From Eledone cirrhosa (taxonomy: Eukaryota): a DNA stretch of 64,000 nt. Shown here piece by piece: positions 29,490 to 40,547 of this stretch. How positions within the stretch are numbered: position 1 is the stretch's first letter; each line of letters starts with the position of its first letter. The notes beneath the pieces are model-generated. The model saw only the letters and a list, made by a program, of their open reading frames with translations. It was not told the DNA's origin and searched no databases. The position numbers were made by a program, and so were the translations under genes. The stretch lies in contig OZ024744.1 of NCBI GenBank assembly GCA_964016885.1, positions 114,948,001 through 115,012,000 of the forward strand, read 5' to 3'.

Positions 29490-32400
29490 CTAACTTGTCG
29501 CTGTTGCTGCTGCGGTTGGTGTTGTCATCATTTCTGTTGTCTGAGTTGTCGCTGTTGCTGCTGCAGTTGGTGTTGTCATTGTTTCTGTTGTCTGACTTGT
29601 CGCTGTTGCTGCTGCGGTTGGTGTTGTCATCATTTCTGTTGTCTGACTTGTCGCTGTTGCTGCTGCAGTTGGTGTTGTCATTGTTTCTGTTGTCTGACTT
29701 GTCGCTGTTGCTGCTGTGGTTGGTGTTGTCATCATTTCTGTTGTCTGACTTGTCGCTGTTGCTGCTGCGGTTGGTGTTGTCATCATTTCTGTTGTCTGAC
29801 TTGTCGCTGTTGCTGCTGCGGTTGGTGTTGTCATCATTTCTGTTGTCTGACTTGTCGCTGTTGCTGCTGCGGTTGGTGTTGTCATCATTTCTGTTGTCTG
29901 ACTTGTCGCTGTTGCTGCTGCGGTTGGTGTTGTCATCATTTCTGTTGTCTGACTTGTCGCTGTTGCTGCTGCGGTTGGTGTTGTCATTGTTTCTGTTGTC
30001 TGACTTGTCGCGGTTGCTGCTGCGGTTGGTGTTGTCATTGTTTCTGTTGTCTGACCTGTCGCTGCTGCTGCTGCGGTTGGTGTTGTCATCATTTCTGTTG
30101 TCTGACTTGTCGCTGTTACTGCTGCGGTTGGTGTTGTCATCATTTCTGTTGTCTGTCTTGTCGCTGTTGCTGCTGCGGTTGGTGTTGTCATCATTTCTGT
30201 TGTCTGACTTGTCGCTGTTGCTGCTGCGGTTGGTGTTGTCATCATTTCTGTTGTCTGACTTGTCGCTGTTGCTGCTGCGGTTGGTGTTGTCATCATTTCT
30301 GTTGTCTGACTTGTCGCTGTTGCTGCTGCGGTTGGTGTTGTCATCATTTCTGTTGTCTGACTTGTCGCTGTTGCTGCTGCGGTTGGTGTTGTCATTGTTT
30401 CTGTTGTCTGACTTGTCGCTGTTGCTGCTGTGGTTGGTGTTGTCATCATTTCTGTTGTCTGACTTGTCGCTGTTGCTGCTGCGGTTGGTGTTGTCATTGT
30501 TTCTGTTGTCTGACTTGTCGCTGTTGTTGCTGCGGTTGGTGTTGTCATCATTTCTGTTGTCTGACTTGTCGCTGTTGCTGTTGCGGTTGGTGTTGTCATC
30601 ATTTCTGTTGTCTGTCTTGTCGCTGTTGCTGCTGCGGTTGGTGTTGTCATTGTTTCTGTTGTCTGACTTGTCGCTGTTGCTGCTGCGGTTGGTGTTGTCA
30701 TCATTTCTGTTGTCTGACTTGTCGCTGTTGCTGCTGCGGTTGGTGTTGTCATTGTTTCTGTTGTCTGACCTGTCGCTGTTGCTGCTGCGGTTGGTGTTGT
30801 CATCATTTCTGTTGTCTGACTTGTCGCTGTTGCTGCTGCGGTTGGTGTTGTCATTGTTTCTGTTGTCTGACTTGTCGCTGTTGCTGCTGCGGTTGGTGTT
30901 GTCATTGTTTCTGTTGTCTGTCTTGTCGCTGTTGCTGCTGTGGTTGGTGTTGTCATCATTTCTGTTGTCTGACTTGTCGCTGTTGCTGCTGCGGTTGGTG
31001 TTGTCATTGTTTCTGTTGTCTGTCTTGTCGCTGTTGCTGCTGCGGTTGGTGTTGTCATCATTTCTGTTGTCTGACTTGTCGCTGTTGCTGCTGCGGTTGG
31101 TGTTGTCATCATTTCTGTTGTCTGTCTTGTCGCTGTTGCTGCTGCGGTTGGTGTTGTCATTGTTTCTGTTGTCTGACTTGTCGCTGTTGCTGCTGCGGTT
31201 GGTGTTGTCATTGTTTCTGTTGTCTGTCTTGTCGCTGTTGCTGCTGTGGTTGGTGTTGTCATCATTTCTGTTGTCTGACTTGTCGCTGTTGCTGCTGCGG
31301 TTGGTGTTGTCATTGTTTCTGTTGTCTGACTTGTCGCTGTTGCTGCTGCAGTTGGTGTTGTCATCATTTCTGTTGTCTGACTTGTCGCTGTTGCTGCTGC
31401 GGTTGGTGTTGTCATCATTTCTGTTGTCTGTCTTGTCGCTGTTGCTGCTGCGGTTGGTGTTGTCATCATTTCTGTTGTCTGACTTGTCGCTGTTGCTGCT
31501 GCGGTTGGTTTTGTCATCATTTCTGTTGTCTGACTTGTCGCTGTTGCTGCTGTGGTTGGTGTTGTCATCATTTCTGTTGTCTGACTTGTCGCTGTTGCTG
31601 CTGCGGTTGGTGTTGTCATTGTTTCTGTTGTCTGACTTGTCGCTGTTGCTGCTGCGGTTGGTGTTGTCATCATTTCTGTTGTCTGACTTGTCGCTGTTGC
31701 TGCTGTGGTTGGTGTTGTCATCATTTCTGTTGTCTGACTTGTCGCTGTTGCTGCTGCGGTTGGTGTTGTCGTCATTTCTGTTGTCTGAGTTGTCGCTGTT
31801 GCTGCTGCGGTTGGTGTTGTCATCATTTCTGTTGTCTGACTTGTCGCTGTTGCTGCTGTGGTTGGTGTTGTCATCATTTCTGTTGTCTGTCTTGTCGCTG
31901 TTGCTGCTGCGGTTGGTGTTGTCATCATTTCTGTTGTCTGAGTTGTCGCTGTTGCTGCTGCTGTTGGTGTTGTCATCATTTCTGTTGTCTGACTTGTCGC
32001 TGTTGCTGCTGCGGTTGGTGTTGTCATCATTTCTGTTGTCTGTCTTGTCGCTGTTGCTGCTGCGGTTGGTGTTGTCATCGTTTCTGTTGTCTGACTTGTC
32101 GCTGTTACTGCTGCGGTTGGTGTTGTCATCATTTCTGTTGTCTGACTTGTCGCTGTTGCTGCTGCAGTTGGTATTGTCATTGTTTCTGTTGTCTGACTTG
32201 TCGCTGTTGCTGCTGCGGTTGGTGTTGTCATCATTTCTGTTGTCTGTCTTGTCGCTGTTGCTGCTGCGGTTGGTGTTGTCATTGTTTCTGTTGTCTGACT
32301 TGTCGCTGTTGCTGCTGCGGTTGGTGTTGTCATCATTTCTGTTGTCTGACTTGTCGCTGTTGCTGCTGCGGTTGGTGTTGTCATTGTTTCTGTTGTCTGA

Positions 32401-35400
32401 CTTGTCGCTGTTGCTGCTGCGGTTGGTGTTGTCATCATTTCTGTTGTCTGACTTGTCGCTGTTGCTGCTGCGGTTGGTGTTGTCATTGTTTCTGTTGTCT
32501 GACTTGTCGCTGTTGCTGCTGCGGTTGGTGTTGTCATCATTTCTGTTGTCTGACTTGTCGCTGTTACTGCTGCGGTTGGTGTTGTCATTGTTTCTGTTGT
32601 CTGACTTGTCGCTGTTGCTGCTGCGGTTGGTGTTGTCATCATTTCTGTTGTCTGACTTGTCGCTGTTGCTGCTGCGGTTGGTGTTGTCATCATTTCTGTT
32701 GCCTGACTTGTCGCTGTTGCTGCTGCGGTTGGTGTTGTCATCATTTCTGTTGTCTGACTTGTCGCTGTTGCTGCTGCAGTTGGTGTTGTCATCATTTCTG
32801 TTGTCTGTCTTGTCGCTGTTGCTGCTGCGGTTGGTGTTGTCATCATTTCTGTTGTCTGACCTGTCGCTGTTGCTGCTGTGGTTGGTGTTGTCATTGTTTC
32901 TGTTGTCTGACTTGTCGCTGTTGCTGCTGCGGTTGGTGTTGTCATTGTTTCTGTTGTCTGACTTGTCGCTGTTGCTGCTGCGGTTGGTGTTGTCATCATT
33001 TCTGTTGTCTGACTTGTCGCTGTTGCTGCTGCGGTTGGTGTTGTCATTGTTTCTGTTGTCTGACTTGTCGCTGTTGCTGCTGTGGTTGGTGTTGTCATCA
33101 TTTCTGTTGTCTGTCTTGTCGCTGTTGCTGCTGCAGTTGGTGTTGTCATTGTTTCTGTTGTCTGTCTTGTCGCTGTTGCTGCTGCGGTTGGTGTTGTCAT
33201 CATTTCTGTTGTCTGTCTTGTCGCTGTTGCTGCTCCGGTTGGTGTTGTCATTGTTTCTGTTGTCTGTCTTGTCGCTGTTGCTGCTGCGGTTGGTGTTGTC
33301 ATTGTTTCTGTTGTCTGTCTTGTCGCTGTTGCTGCTGCGGTTGGTGTTGTCATTGTTTCTGTTGTCTGACTTGTCGCTGTTGCTGCTGCGGTTGGTGTTG
33401 TCATTGTTTCTGTTGTCTGACTTGTCGCTGTTGCTGCTGCGGTTGGTGTTGTCATCATTTCTGTTGTCTGACTTGTCGCTGTTGCTGCTGCGGTTGGTGT
33501 TGTCATTGTTTCTGTTGTCTGACTTGTCGCTGTTGCTGCTGCGGTTGGTGTTGTCATCATTTCTGTTGTCTGACTTGTCGCTGTTGCTGCTGTGGTTGGT
33601 GTTGTCATCATTTCTGTTGTCTGACTTGTCGCTGTTGCTGCTGCGGTTGGTGTTGTCATCATTTCTGTTGTCTGTCTTGTGGCTGTTGCTGCTGCGGTTG
33701 GTGTTGTCATTGTTTCTGTTGTCTGACTTGTCGCTGTTGCTGCTGCGGTTGGTGTTGTCATCATTTCTGTTGTCTGTCTTGTGGCTGTTGCTGCTGCGGT
33801 TGGTGTTGTCATTGTTTCTGTTGTCTGACTTGTCGCTGTTGCTGCTGTGGTTGGTGTTGTCATCATTTCTGTTGTCTGTCTTGTCGCTGTTGCTGCTGCG
33901 GTTGGTGTTGTCATCATTTCTGTTGTCTGAGTTGTCGCTGTTGCTGCTGTGGTTGGTGTTGTCATCATTTCTGTTATCTGACTTGTCGCTGTTGCTGCTG
34001 CGGTTGGTGTTGTCATCATTTCTGTTGTCTGTCTTGTCGCTGTTGCTGCTGCGGATGGTGTTGTCATCATTTCTGTTGTCTGACTTGTCGCTGTTGCTGC
34101 TGTGGTTGGTGTTGTCATCATTTCTGTTGTCTGACTTGTCGCTGTTGCTGCTGCGGTTGGTGTTGTCATCATTTCTGTTGTCTGTCTTGTCGCTGTTGCT
34201 GCTGCGGATGGTGTTGTCATCGTTTCTGTTGTCTGACTTGTCGCTGTTACTGCTGCGGTTGGTGTTGTCATCATTTCTATTGTCTGACTTGTCGCTGTTG
34301 CTGCTGCAGTTGGTATTGTCATTGTTTCTGTTGTCTGACTTGTCGCTGTTGCTGCTGCGGTTGGTGTTGTCTTCATTTCTGTTGTCTGTCTTGTCGCTGT
34401 TGCTGCTGCGGTTGGTGTTGTCATTGTTTCTGTTGTCTGACTTGTCGCTGTTGCTGCTGCGGTTGGTGTTGTCATCATTTCTGTTGTCTGACTTGTCGCT
34501 GTTGCTGCTGCGGTTGGTGTTGTCATCATTTCTGTTGTCTGACTTGTCGCTGTTGCTGCTGCGGTTGGTGTTGTCATCATTTCTGTTGTCTGACCTGTCG
34601 CTGTTGCTGCTGCGGTTGGTGTTGTCATCATTTCTGTTGTCTGACCTGTCGCTGTTGCTGCTGCGGTTGGTGTTGTCATCATTTCTGTTGTCTGACTTGT
34701 CGCTGTTACTGCTGCGGTTGGTGTTGTCATTGTTTCTGTTGTCTGACTTGTCGCTGTTGCTGCTGCGGTTGGTGTTGTCATCATTTCTGTTGTCTGACTT
34801 GTCGCTGTTGCTGCTGCGGTTGGTGTTGTCATCATTTCTGTTGCCTGACTTGTCGCTGTTGCTGCTGCGGTTGGTGTTGTCATCATTTCTGTTGTCTGAC
34901 TTGTCGCTGTTGCTGCTGCAGTTGGTGTTGTCATTGTTTCTGTTGTCTGACTTGTCGCTGTTGCTGCTGCGGTTGGTGTTGTCATCATTTCTGTTGTCTG
35001 TCTTGTCGCTGTTGCTGCTGCAGTTGGTGTTGTCATTGTTTCTGTTGTCTGTCTTGTCGCTGTTGCTGCTGCGGTTGGTGTTGTCATCATTTCTGTTGTC
35101 TGTCTTGTCGCTGTTGCTGCTCCGGTTGGTGTTGTCATTGTTTCTGTTGTCTGTCTTGTCGCTGTTGCTGCTGCGGTTGGTGTTGTCATTGTTTCTGTTG
35201 TCTGTCTTGTCGCTGTTGCTGCTGCGGTTGGTGTTGTCATTGTTTCTGTTGTCTGACTTGTCGCTGTTGCTGCTGCGGTTGGTGTTGTCATTGTTTCTGT
35301 TGTCTGACTTGTCGCTGTTGCTGCTGCGGTTGGTGTTGTCATCATTTCTGTTGTCTGACTTGTCGCTGTTGCTGCTGCGGTTGGTGTTGTCATTGTTTCT

Positions 35401-38400
35401 GTTGTCTGACTTGTCGCTGTTGCTGCTGCGGTTGGTGTTGTCATCATTTCTGTTGTCTGACTTGTCGCTGTTGCTGCTGTGGTTGGTGTTGTCATCATTT
35501 CTGTTGTCTGACTTGTCGCTGTTGCTGCTGCGGTTGGTGTTGTCATCATTTCTGTTGTCTGTCTTGTGGCTGTTGCTGCTGCGGTTGGTGTTGTCATTGT
35601 TTCTGTTGTCTGACTTGTCGCTGTTGCTGCTGCGGTTGGTGTTGTCATCATTTCTGTTGTCTGTCTTGTGGCTGTTGCTGCTGCGGTTGGTGTTGTCATT
35701 GTTTCTGTTGTCTGACTTGTCGCTGTTGCTGCTGTGGTTGGTGTTGTCATCATTTCTGTTGTCTGTCTTGTCGCTGTTGCTGCTGCGGTTGGTGTTGTCA
35801 TCATTTCTGTTGTCTGAGTTGTCGCTGTTGCTGCTGTGGTTGGTGTTGTCATCATTTCTGTTATCTGACTTGTCGCTGTTGCTGCTGCGGTTGGTGTTGT
35901 CATCATTTCTGTTGTCTGTCTTGTCGCTGTTGCTGCTGCGGATGGTGTTGTGATCATTTCTGTTGTCTGACTTGTCGCTGTTGCTGCTGTGGTTGGTGTT
36001 GTCATCATTTCTGTTGTCTGACTTGTCGCTGTTGCTGCTGCGGTTGGTGTTGTCATCATTTCTGTTGTCTGTCTTGTCGCTGTTGCTGCTGCGGATGGTG
36101 TTGTCATCGTTTCTGTTGTCTGACTTGTCGCTGTTACTGCTGCGGTTGGTGTTGTCATCATTTCTATTGTCTGACTTGTCGCTGTTGCTGCTGCAGTTGG
36201 TATTGTCATTGTTTCTGTTGTCTGACTTGTCGCTGTTGCTGCTGCGGTTGGTGTTGTCATCATTTCTGTTGTCTGTCTTGTCGCTGTTGCTGCTGCGGTT
36301 GGTGTTGTCATTGTTTCTGTTGTCTGACTTGTCGCTGTTGCTGCTGCGGTTGGTGTTGTCATCATTTCTGTTGTCTGACTTGTCGCTGTTGCTGCTGCGG
36401 TTGGTGTTGTCATCATTTCTGTTGTCTGACTTGTCGCTGTTGCTGCTGCGGTTGGTGTTGTCATCATTTCTGTTGTCTGACCTGTCGCTGTTGCTGCTGC
36501 GGTTGGTGTTGTCATCATTTCTGTTGTCTGACCTGTCGCTGTTGCTGCTGCGGTTGGTGTTGTCATCATTTCTGTTGTCTGACTTGTCGCTGTTACTGCT
36601 GCGGTTGGTGTTGTCATTGTTTCTGTTGTCTGACTTGTCGCTGTTGCTGCTGCGGTTGGTGTTGTCATCATTTCTGTTGTCTGACTTGTCGCTGTTGCTG
36701 CTGCGGTTGGTGTTGTCATCATTTCTGTTGCCTGACTTGTCGCTGTTGCTGCTGCGGTTGGTGTTGTCATCATTTCTGTTGTCTGACTTGTCGCTGTTGC
36801 TGCTGCAGTTGGTGTTGTCATTGTTTCTGTTGTCTGACTTGTCGCTGTTGCTGCTGCGGTTGGTGTTGTCATCATTTCTGTTGTCTGACTTGTCGCTGTT
36901 GCTGCTGCGGTTGGTGTTGTCATCATTTCTGTTGTCTGACTTGTCGCTGTTGCTGCTGCGGTTGGTGTTGTCATTGTTTCTGTTGTCTGACTTGTCGCTG
37001 TTGCTGCTGCGGTTGGTGTTGTCATTGTTTCTGTTGTCTGACTTGTCGCTGTTGCTGCTGTGGTTGGTGTTGTCATCATTTCTGTTGTCTGTCTTGTCGC
37101 TGTTGCTGCTGCGGTTGGTGTTGTCATTGTTTCTGTTGTCTGTCTTGTCGCTGTTGCTGCTGCGGTTGGTGTTGTCATCATTTCTGTTGTCTGTCTTGTT
37201 GCTGTTGCTGTTGCGGTTGGTGTTGTCATTGTTTCTGTTGTCTGTCTTGTCGCTGTTGCTGCTGCGGTTGGTGTTGTCATCATTTCTGTTGTCTGACTTG
37301 TCGCTGTTGCTGCTGTGGTTGGTGTTGTCATCATTTCTGTTGTCTGACTTGTCGCTGTTGCTGCTGCGGTTGGTGTTGTCATCATTTCTGTTGTCTGACT
37401 TGTCGCTGTTGCTGCTGCAGTTGGTGTTGTCATCATTTCTGTTGTCTGACTTGTCGCTGTTGCTGCTGCGGTTGGTGTTGTCAGCATTTCTGTTGTCTGA
37501 CTTGTCGCTGTTGCTGCTGCGGTTGGTGTTGTCATCATTTCTGTTGTCTGACCTGTCGCTGTTGCTGCTGCGGTTGGTGTTGTCATCATTTCTGTTGTCT
37601 GACTTGTCGCTGTTGCTGCTGCGGTTGGTGTTGTCATCATTTCTGTTGTCTGTCTTGTGGCTGTTGCTGCTGCGGTTGGTGTTGTCATTGTTTCTGTTGT
37701 CTGACTTGTCGCTGTTGCTGCTGCGGTTGGTGTTGTCATCATTTCTGTTGTCTGTCTTGTGGCTGTTGCTGCTGCGGTTGGTGTTGTCATTGTTTCTGTT
37801 GTCTGACTTGTCGCTGTTGCTGCTGTGGTTGGTGTTGTCATTGTTTCTGTTGTCTGACTTGTCGCTGTTGCTGCTGCGGTTGGTGTTGTCATCGTTTCTG
37901 TTGTCTGTCTTGTCGCTGTTGCTGCTGCGGTTGGTGTTGTCATTGTTTCTGTTGTCTGAGTTGTCGCTGTTGCTGCTGCGGTTGGTGTTGTCATCATTTC
38001 TGTTGTCTGTCTTGTCGCTGTTGCTGCTGCGGTTGGTGTTGTCATCATTTCTGTTGTCTGAGTTGTCGCTGTTGCTGCTGTGGTTGGTGTTGTCATCATT
38101 TCTGTTGTCTGTCTTGTCGCTGTTGCTGCTGCGGTTGGTGTTGTCATTGTTTCTGTTGTCTGTCTTGTCGCTGTTGCTGCTGCGGTTGGTGTTGTCGTCA
38201 TTTCTGTTGTCTGACTTGTCGCTGTTGCTGCTGCGGTTGGTGTTGTCATCATTTCTGTTGTCTGACTTGTCGCTGTTGCTGCTGCGGTTGGTGTTGTCAT
38301 CATTTCTGTTGTCTGACTTGTCGCTGTTGCTGCTGCGGTTGGTGTTGTCATCATTTCTGTTGTCTGACTTGTCGCTGTTGCTGCTGCGGTTGGTGTTGTC

Positions 38401-40547
38401 ATCATTTCTGTTGTCTGACCTGTCGCTGTTGCTGCTGCGGTTGGTGTTGTCATCATTTCTGTTGTCTGACCTGTCGCTGTTGCTGCTGCGGTTGGTGTTG
38501 TCATCATTTCTGTTGTCTGACTTGTCTCTGTTGCTGCTGCGGTTGGTGTTGTCATCATTTCTGTTGTCTGACTTGTCGCTGTTACTGCTGCGGTTGGTGT
38601 TGTCATTGTTTCTGTTGTCTGACTTGTCGCTGTTGCTGCTGCGGTTGGTGTTGTCATCATTTCTGTTGTCTGACTTGTCGCTGTTGCTGCTGCGGTTGGT
38701 GTTGTCATCATTTCTGTTGCCTGACTTGTCGCTGTTGCTGCTGCGGTTGGTGTTGTCATCATTTCTGTTGTCTGACTTGTCGCTGTTGCTGCTGCAGTTG
38801 GTGTTGTCATCATTTCTGTTGTCTGTCTTGTCGCTGTTGCTGCTGCGGTTGGTGTTGTCATCATTTCTGTTGTCTGACCTGTCGCTGTTGCTGCTGTGGT
38901 TGGTGTTGTCATTGTTTCTGTTGTCTGACTTGTCGCTGTTGCTGCTGCGGTTGGTGTTGTCATTGTTTCTGTTGTCTGACTTGTCACTGTTGCTGCTGCG
39001 GTTGGTGTTGTCATCATTTCTGTTGCCTGACTTGTCGCTGTTGCTGCTGCGGTTGGTGTTGTCATCATTTCTGTTGTCTGACCTGTCGCTGTTGCTGCTG
39101 CGGTTGGTGTTGTCATCATTTCTGTTGTCTGACTTGTCGCTGTTGCTGCTGCAGTTGGTGTTGTCATCATTTCTGTTGTCTGACTTGTCGCTGTTGCTGC
39201 TGCGGTTGGTGTTGTCATCATTTCTGTTGTCTGACTTGTCGCTGTTGCTGCTGCGGTTGGTGTTGTCATCATTTCTGTTGTCTGTCTTGTTGCTGTTGCT
39301 GCTGCGGTTGGTGTTGTCATTGTTTCTGTTGTCTGACTTGTCGCTGTTGCTGCTGCGGTTGGTGTTGTCATCATTTCTGTTGTCTGTCTTGTCGCTATTG
39401 CTGCTGCTGTTGGTGTTGTCATTGTTTCTGTTGTCTGACTTGTCGCTGTTGCTGCTGCGGTTGGTGTTGTCATTGTTTCTGTTGTCTGACCTGTCGCTGT
39501 TGCTGCTGTGGTTGGTGTTGTCATCATTTCTGTTGTCTGACTTGTCGCTGTTGCTGCTGTGGTTGGTGTTGTCATCATTTCTGTTGTCTGACTTGTCGCT
39601 GTTGCTGCTGCGGTTGGTGTTGTCATCATTCCTGTTGTCTGTCTTGTGGCTGTTGCTGCTGCGGTTGGTGTTGTCATTGTTTCTATTGTCTGACTTGTCG
39701 CTGTTGCTGCTGCGGTTGGTGTTGTCATCATTTCTGTTGTCTGTCTTGTGGCTGTTGCTGCTGCAGTTGGTGTTGTCATCATTTCTGTTGTCTGACTTGT
39801 CGCTGTTGCTGCTGTGGTTGGTGTTGTCATCATTTCTGTTGTCTGACCTGTCGCTGTTGCTGCTGCGGTTGGTGTTGTCATCATTTCTGTTGTCTGAATT
39901 GTCGCTGTTGCTGCTGCGGTTGGTGTTGTCATCATTTCTGTTGTCTGACTTGTCGCTGTTGCTGCTGCGGTTGGTGTTGTCATCATTTCTGTTGTCTGAC
40001 TTGTCGCTGTTGCTGCTGCGGTTGGTGTTGTCATCATTTCTGTTGTCTGACTTGTCGCTGTTGCTGCTGCGGTTGGTGTTGTCATCATTTCTGTTGTCTG
40101 ACTTGTCGCTGTTGCTGCTGCGGTTGGTGTTGTCATTGTTTCTGTTGTCTGTCTTGTCGCTGTTGCTGCTGCGGTTGGTGTTGTCATTGTTTCTGTTGTC
40201 TGACCTGTCGCTGTTGTTGCTGCGGTTGGTGTTGTCATCATTTCTGTTGTCTGTCTTGTCGCTGTTGCTGCTGCGGTTGGTGTTGTCATTGTTTCTGTTG
40301 TCTGTCCTGTCGCTGTTGCTGCTGCGGTTGGTGTTGTCATCATTTCTGTTGTCTGACTTGTCGCTGTTGCTGCTGCGGTTGGTGTTGTCATCATTCCTGT
40401 TGTCTGTCTTGTCGCTGTTGCTGCTGCGGTTGGTGTTGTCATTGTTTCTGTTGTCTGACTTGTCGCTGTTGCTGCTGCGGTTGGTGTTGTCATCATTTCT
40501 GTTGTCTGACTTGTCGCTGTTGCTGCTGCGGTTGGTGTTGTCATCAT
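29490..40547 (-). CDS. Putative mucin-like PTS repeat domain, segment 3 (ends at TAG 29490-29492)
   Basis: ORF track, 3685 aa of the same repeat. The stop is a CAG>TAG change (plus strand gtctaac instead of gtctgac). Confidence 0.45.
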   Translation of the reverse strand: MMTTPTAAATATSQTTEMMTTPTAAATATSQTTETMTTPTAAATATRQTTGMMTTPTAAATATSQTTEMMTTPTAAATATGQTTETMTTPTAAATATRQTTEMMTTPTAATTATGQTTETMTTPTAAATATRQTTETMTTPTAAATATSQTTEMMTTPTAAATATSQTTEMMTTPTAAATATSQTTEMMTTPTAAATATSQTTEMMTTPTAAATATIQTTEMMTTPTAAATATGQTTEMMTTPTTAATATSQTTEMMTTPTAAATATRQTTEMMTTPTAAATATSQTIETMTTPTAAATATRQTTGMMTTPTAAATATSQTTEMMTTPTTAATATSQTTEMMTTPTTAATATGQTTETMTTPTAAATATSQTTETMTTPTAAAIATRQTTEMMTTPTAAATATSQTTETMTTPTAAATATRQTTEMMTTPTAAATATSQTTEMMTTPTAAATATSQTTEMMTTPTAAATATSQTTEMMTTPTAAATATGQTTEMMTTPTAAATATSQATEMMTTPTAAATVTSQTTETMTTPTAAATATSQTTETMTTPTTAATATGQTTEMMTTPTAAATATRQTTEMMTTPTAAATATSQTTEMMTTPTAAATATSQATEMMTTPTAAATATSQTTEMMTTPTAAATATSQTTETMTTPTAAVTATSQTTEMMTTPTAAATETSQTTEMMTTPTAAATATGQTTEMMTTPTAAATATGQTTEMMTTPTAAATATSQTTEMMTTPTAAATATSQTTEMMTTPTAAATATSQTTEMMTTPTAAATATSQTTEMTTTPTAAATATRQTTETMTTPTAAATATRQTTEMMTTPTTAATATTQTTEMMTTPTAAATATRQTTEMMTTPTAAATATTQTTETMTTPTAAATATRQTTETMTTPTAAATATSQTTETMTTPTTAATATSQTTETMTTPTAAATATRQTTEMMTTPTAAATATSQTTETMTTPTAAATATRQTTEMMTTPTAAATATSQTTEMMTTPTAAATATGQTTEMMTTPTAAATATSQTTEMLTTPTAAATATSQTTEMMTTPTAAATATSQTTEMMTTPTAAATATSQTTEMMTTPTTAATATSQTTEMMTTPTAAATATRQTTETMTTPTATATATRQTTEMMTTPTAAATATRQTTETMTTPTAAATATRQTTEMMTTPTTAATATSQTTETMTTPTAAATATSQTTETMTTPTAAATATSQTTEMMTTPTAAATATSQTTEMMTTPTAAATATSQTTETMTTPTAAATATSQTTEMMTTPTAAATATSQATEMMTTPTAAATATSQTTEMMTTPTAAATATSQTTETMTTPTAAVTATSQTTEMMTTPTAAATATGQTTEMMTTPTAAATATGQTTEMMTTPTAAATATSQTTEMMTTPTAAATATSQTTEMMTTPTAAATATSQTTETMTTPTAAATATRQTTEMMTTPTAAATATSQTTETMTIPTAAATATSQTIEMMTTPTAAVTATSQTTETMTTPSAAATATRQTTEMMTTPTAAATATSQTTEMMTTPTTAATATSQTTEMITTPSAAATATRQTTEMMTTPTAAATATSQITEMMTTPTTAATATTQTTEMMTTPTAAATATRQTTEMMTTPTTAATATSQTTETMTTPTAAATATRQTTEMMTTPTAAATATSQTTETMTTPTAAATATRQTTEMMTTPTAAATATSQTTEMMTTPTTAATATSQTTEMMTTPTAAATATSQTTETMTTPTAAATATSQTTEMMTTPTAAATATSQTTETMTTPTAAATATSQTTETMTTPTAAATATRQTTETMTTPTAAATATRQTTETMTTPTGAATATRQTTEMMTTPTAAATATRQTTETMTTPTAAATATRQTTEMMTTPTAAATATSQTTETMTTPTAAATATSQTTEMMTTPTAAATATSQATEMMTTPTAAATATSQTTEMMTTPTAAATATSQTTETMTTPTAAVTATSQTTEMMTTPTAAATATGQTTEMMTTPTAAATATGQTTEMMTTPTAAATATSQTTEMMTTPTAAATATSQTTEMMTTPTAAATATSQTTETMTTPTAAATATRQTTEMKTTPTAAATATSQTTETMTIPTAAATATSQTIEMMTTPTAAVTATSQTTETMTTPSAAATATRQTTEMMTTPTAAATATSQTTEMMTTPTTAATATSQTTEMMTTPSAAATATRQTTEMMTTPTAAATATSQITEMMTTPTTAATATTQTTEMMTTPTAAATATRQTTEMMTTPTTAATATSQTTETMTTPTAAATATRQTTEMMTTPTAAATATSQTTETMTTPTAAATATRQTTEMMTTPTAAATATSQTTEMMTTPTTAATATSQTTEMMTTPTAAATATSQTTETMTTPTAAATATSQTTEMMTTPTAAATATSQTTETMTTPTAAATATSQTTETMTTPTAAATATRQTTETMTTPTAAATATRQTTETMTTPTGAATATRQTTEMMTTPTAAATATRQTTETMTTPTAAATATRQTTEMMTTPTTAATATSQTTETMTTPTAAATATSQTTEMMTTPTAAATATSQTTETMTTPTAAATATSQTTETMTTPTTAATATGQTTEMMTTPTAAATATRQTTEMMTTPTAAATATSQTTEMMTTPTAAATATSQATEMMTTPTAAATATSQTTEMMTTPTAAATATSQTTETMTTPTAAVTATSQTTEMMTTPTAAATATSQTTETMTTPTAAATATSQTTEMMTTPTAAATATSQTTETMTTPTAAATATSQTTEMMTTPTAAATATSQTTETMTTPTAAATATRQTTEMMTTPTAAATATSQTTETMTIPTAAATATSQTTEMMTTPTAAVTATSQTTETMTTPTAAATATRQTTEMMTTPTAAATATSQTTEMMTTPTAAATATTQTTEMMTTPTAAATATRQTTEMMTTPTTAATATSQTTEMMTTPTAAATATTQTTEMTTTPTAAATATSQTTEMMTTPTTAATATSQTTEMMTTPTAAATATSQTTETMTTPTAAATATSQTTEMMTTPTTAATATSQTTEMMTKPTAAATATSQTTEMMTTPTAAATATRQTTEMMTTPTAAATATSQTTEMMTTPTAAATATSQTTETMTTPTAAATATSQTTEMMTTPTTAATATRQTTETMTTPTAAATATSQTTETMTTPTAAATATRQTTEMMTTPTAAATATSQTTEMMTTPTAAATATRQTTETMTTPTAAATATSQTTEMMTTPTTAATATRQTTETMTTPTAAATATSQTTETMTTPTAAATATSQTTEMMTTPTAAATATGQTTETMTTPTAAATATSQTTEMMTTPTAAATATSQTTETMTTPTAAATATRQTTEMMTTPTATATATSQTTEMMTTPTAATTATSQTTETMTTPTAAATATSQTTEMMTTPTTAATATSQTTETMTTPTAAATATSQTTEMMTTPTAAATATSQTTEMMTTPTAAATATSQTTEMMTTPTAAATATSQTTEMMTTPTAAATATRQTTEMMTTPTAAVTATSQTTEMMTTPTAAAAATGQTTETMTTPTAAATATSQTTETMTTPTAAATATSQTTEMMTTPTAAATATSQTTEMMTTPTAAATATSQTTEMMTTPTAAATATSQTTEMMTTPTAAATATSQTTEMMTTPTTAATATSQTTETMTTPTAAATATSQTTEMMTTPTAAATATSQTTETMTTPTAAATATTQTTEMMTTPTAAATATS
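33080..36850. repeat. Higher-order tandem duplication, 37 units (1,887 bp); boundaries approximate
   Basis: Private variants at an exact 1,887-bp offset: ctccgg 33233/35120, ttatct 33974/35861, cggatg 34052/35939 and 34205/36092, gcctgac 34843/36730. Confidence 0.92.

Noticed and set aside
33082-37296. Short Val/Ala-rich ORFs at 33082..33369 and 37060..37296
   Set aside because: They arise only where consecutive tctgtc variants remove the per-unit TGA; there is no independent gene signal.
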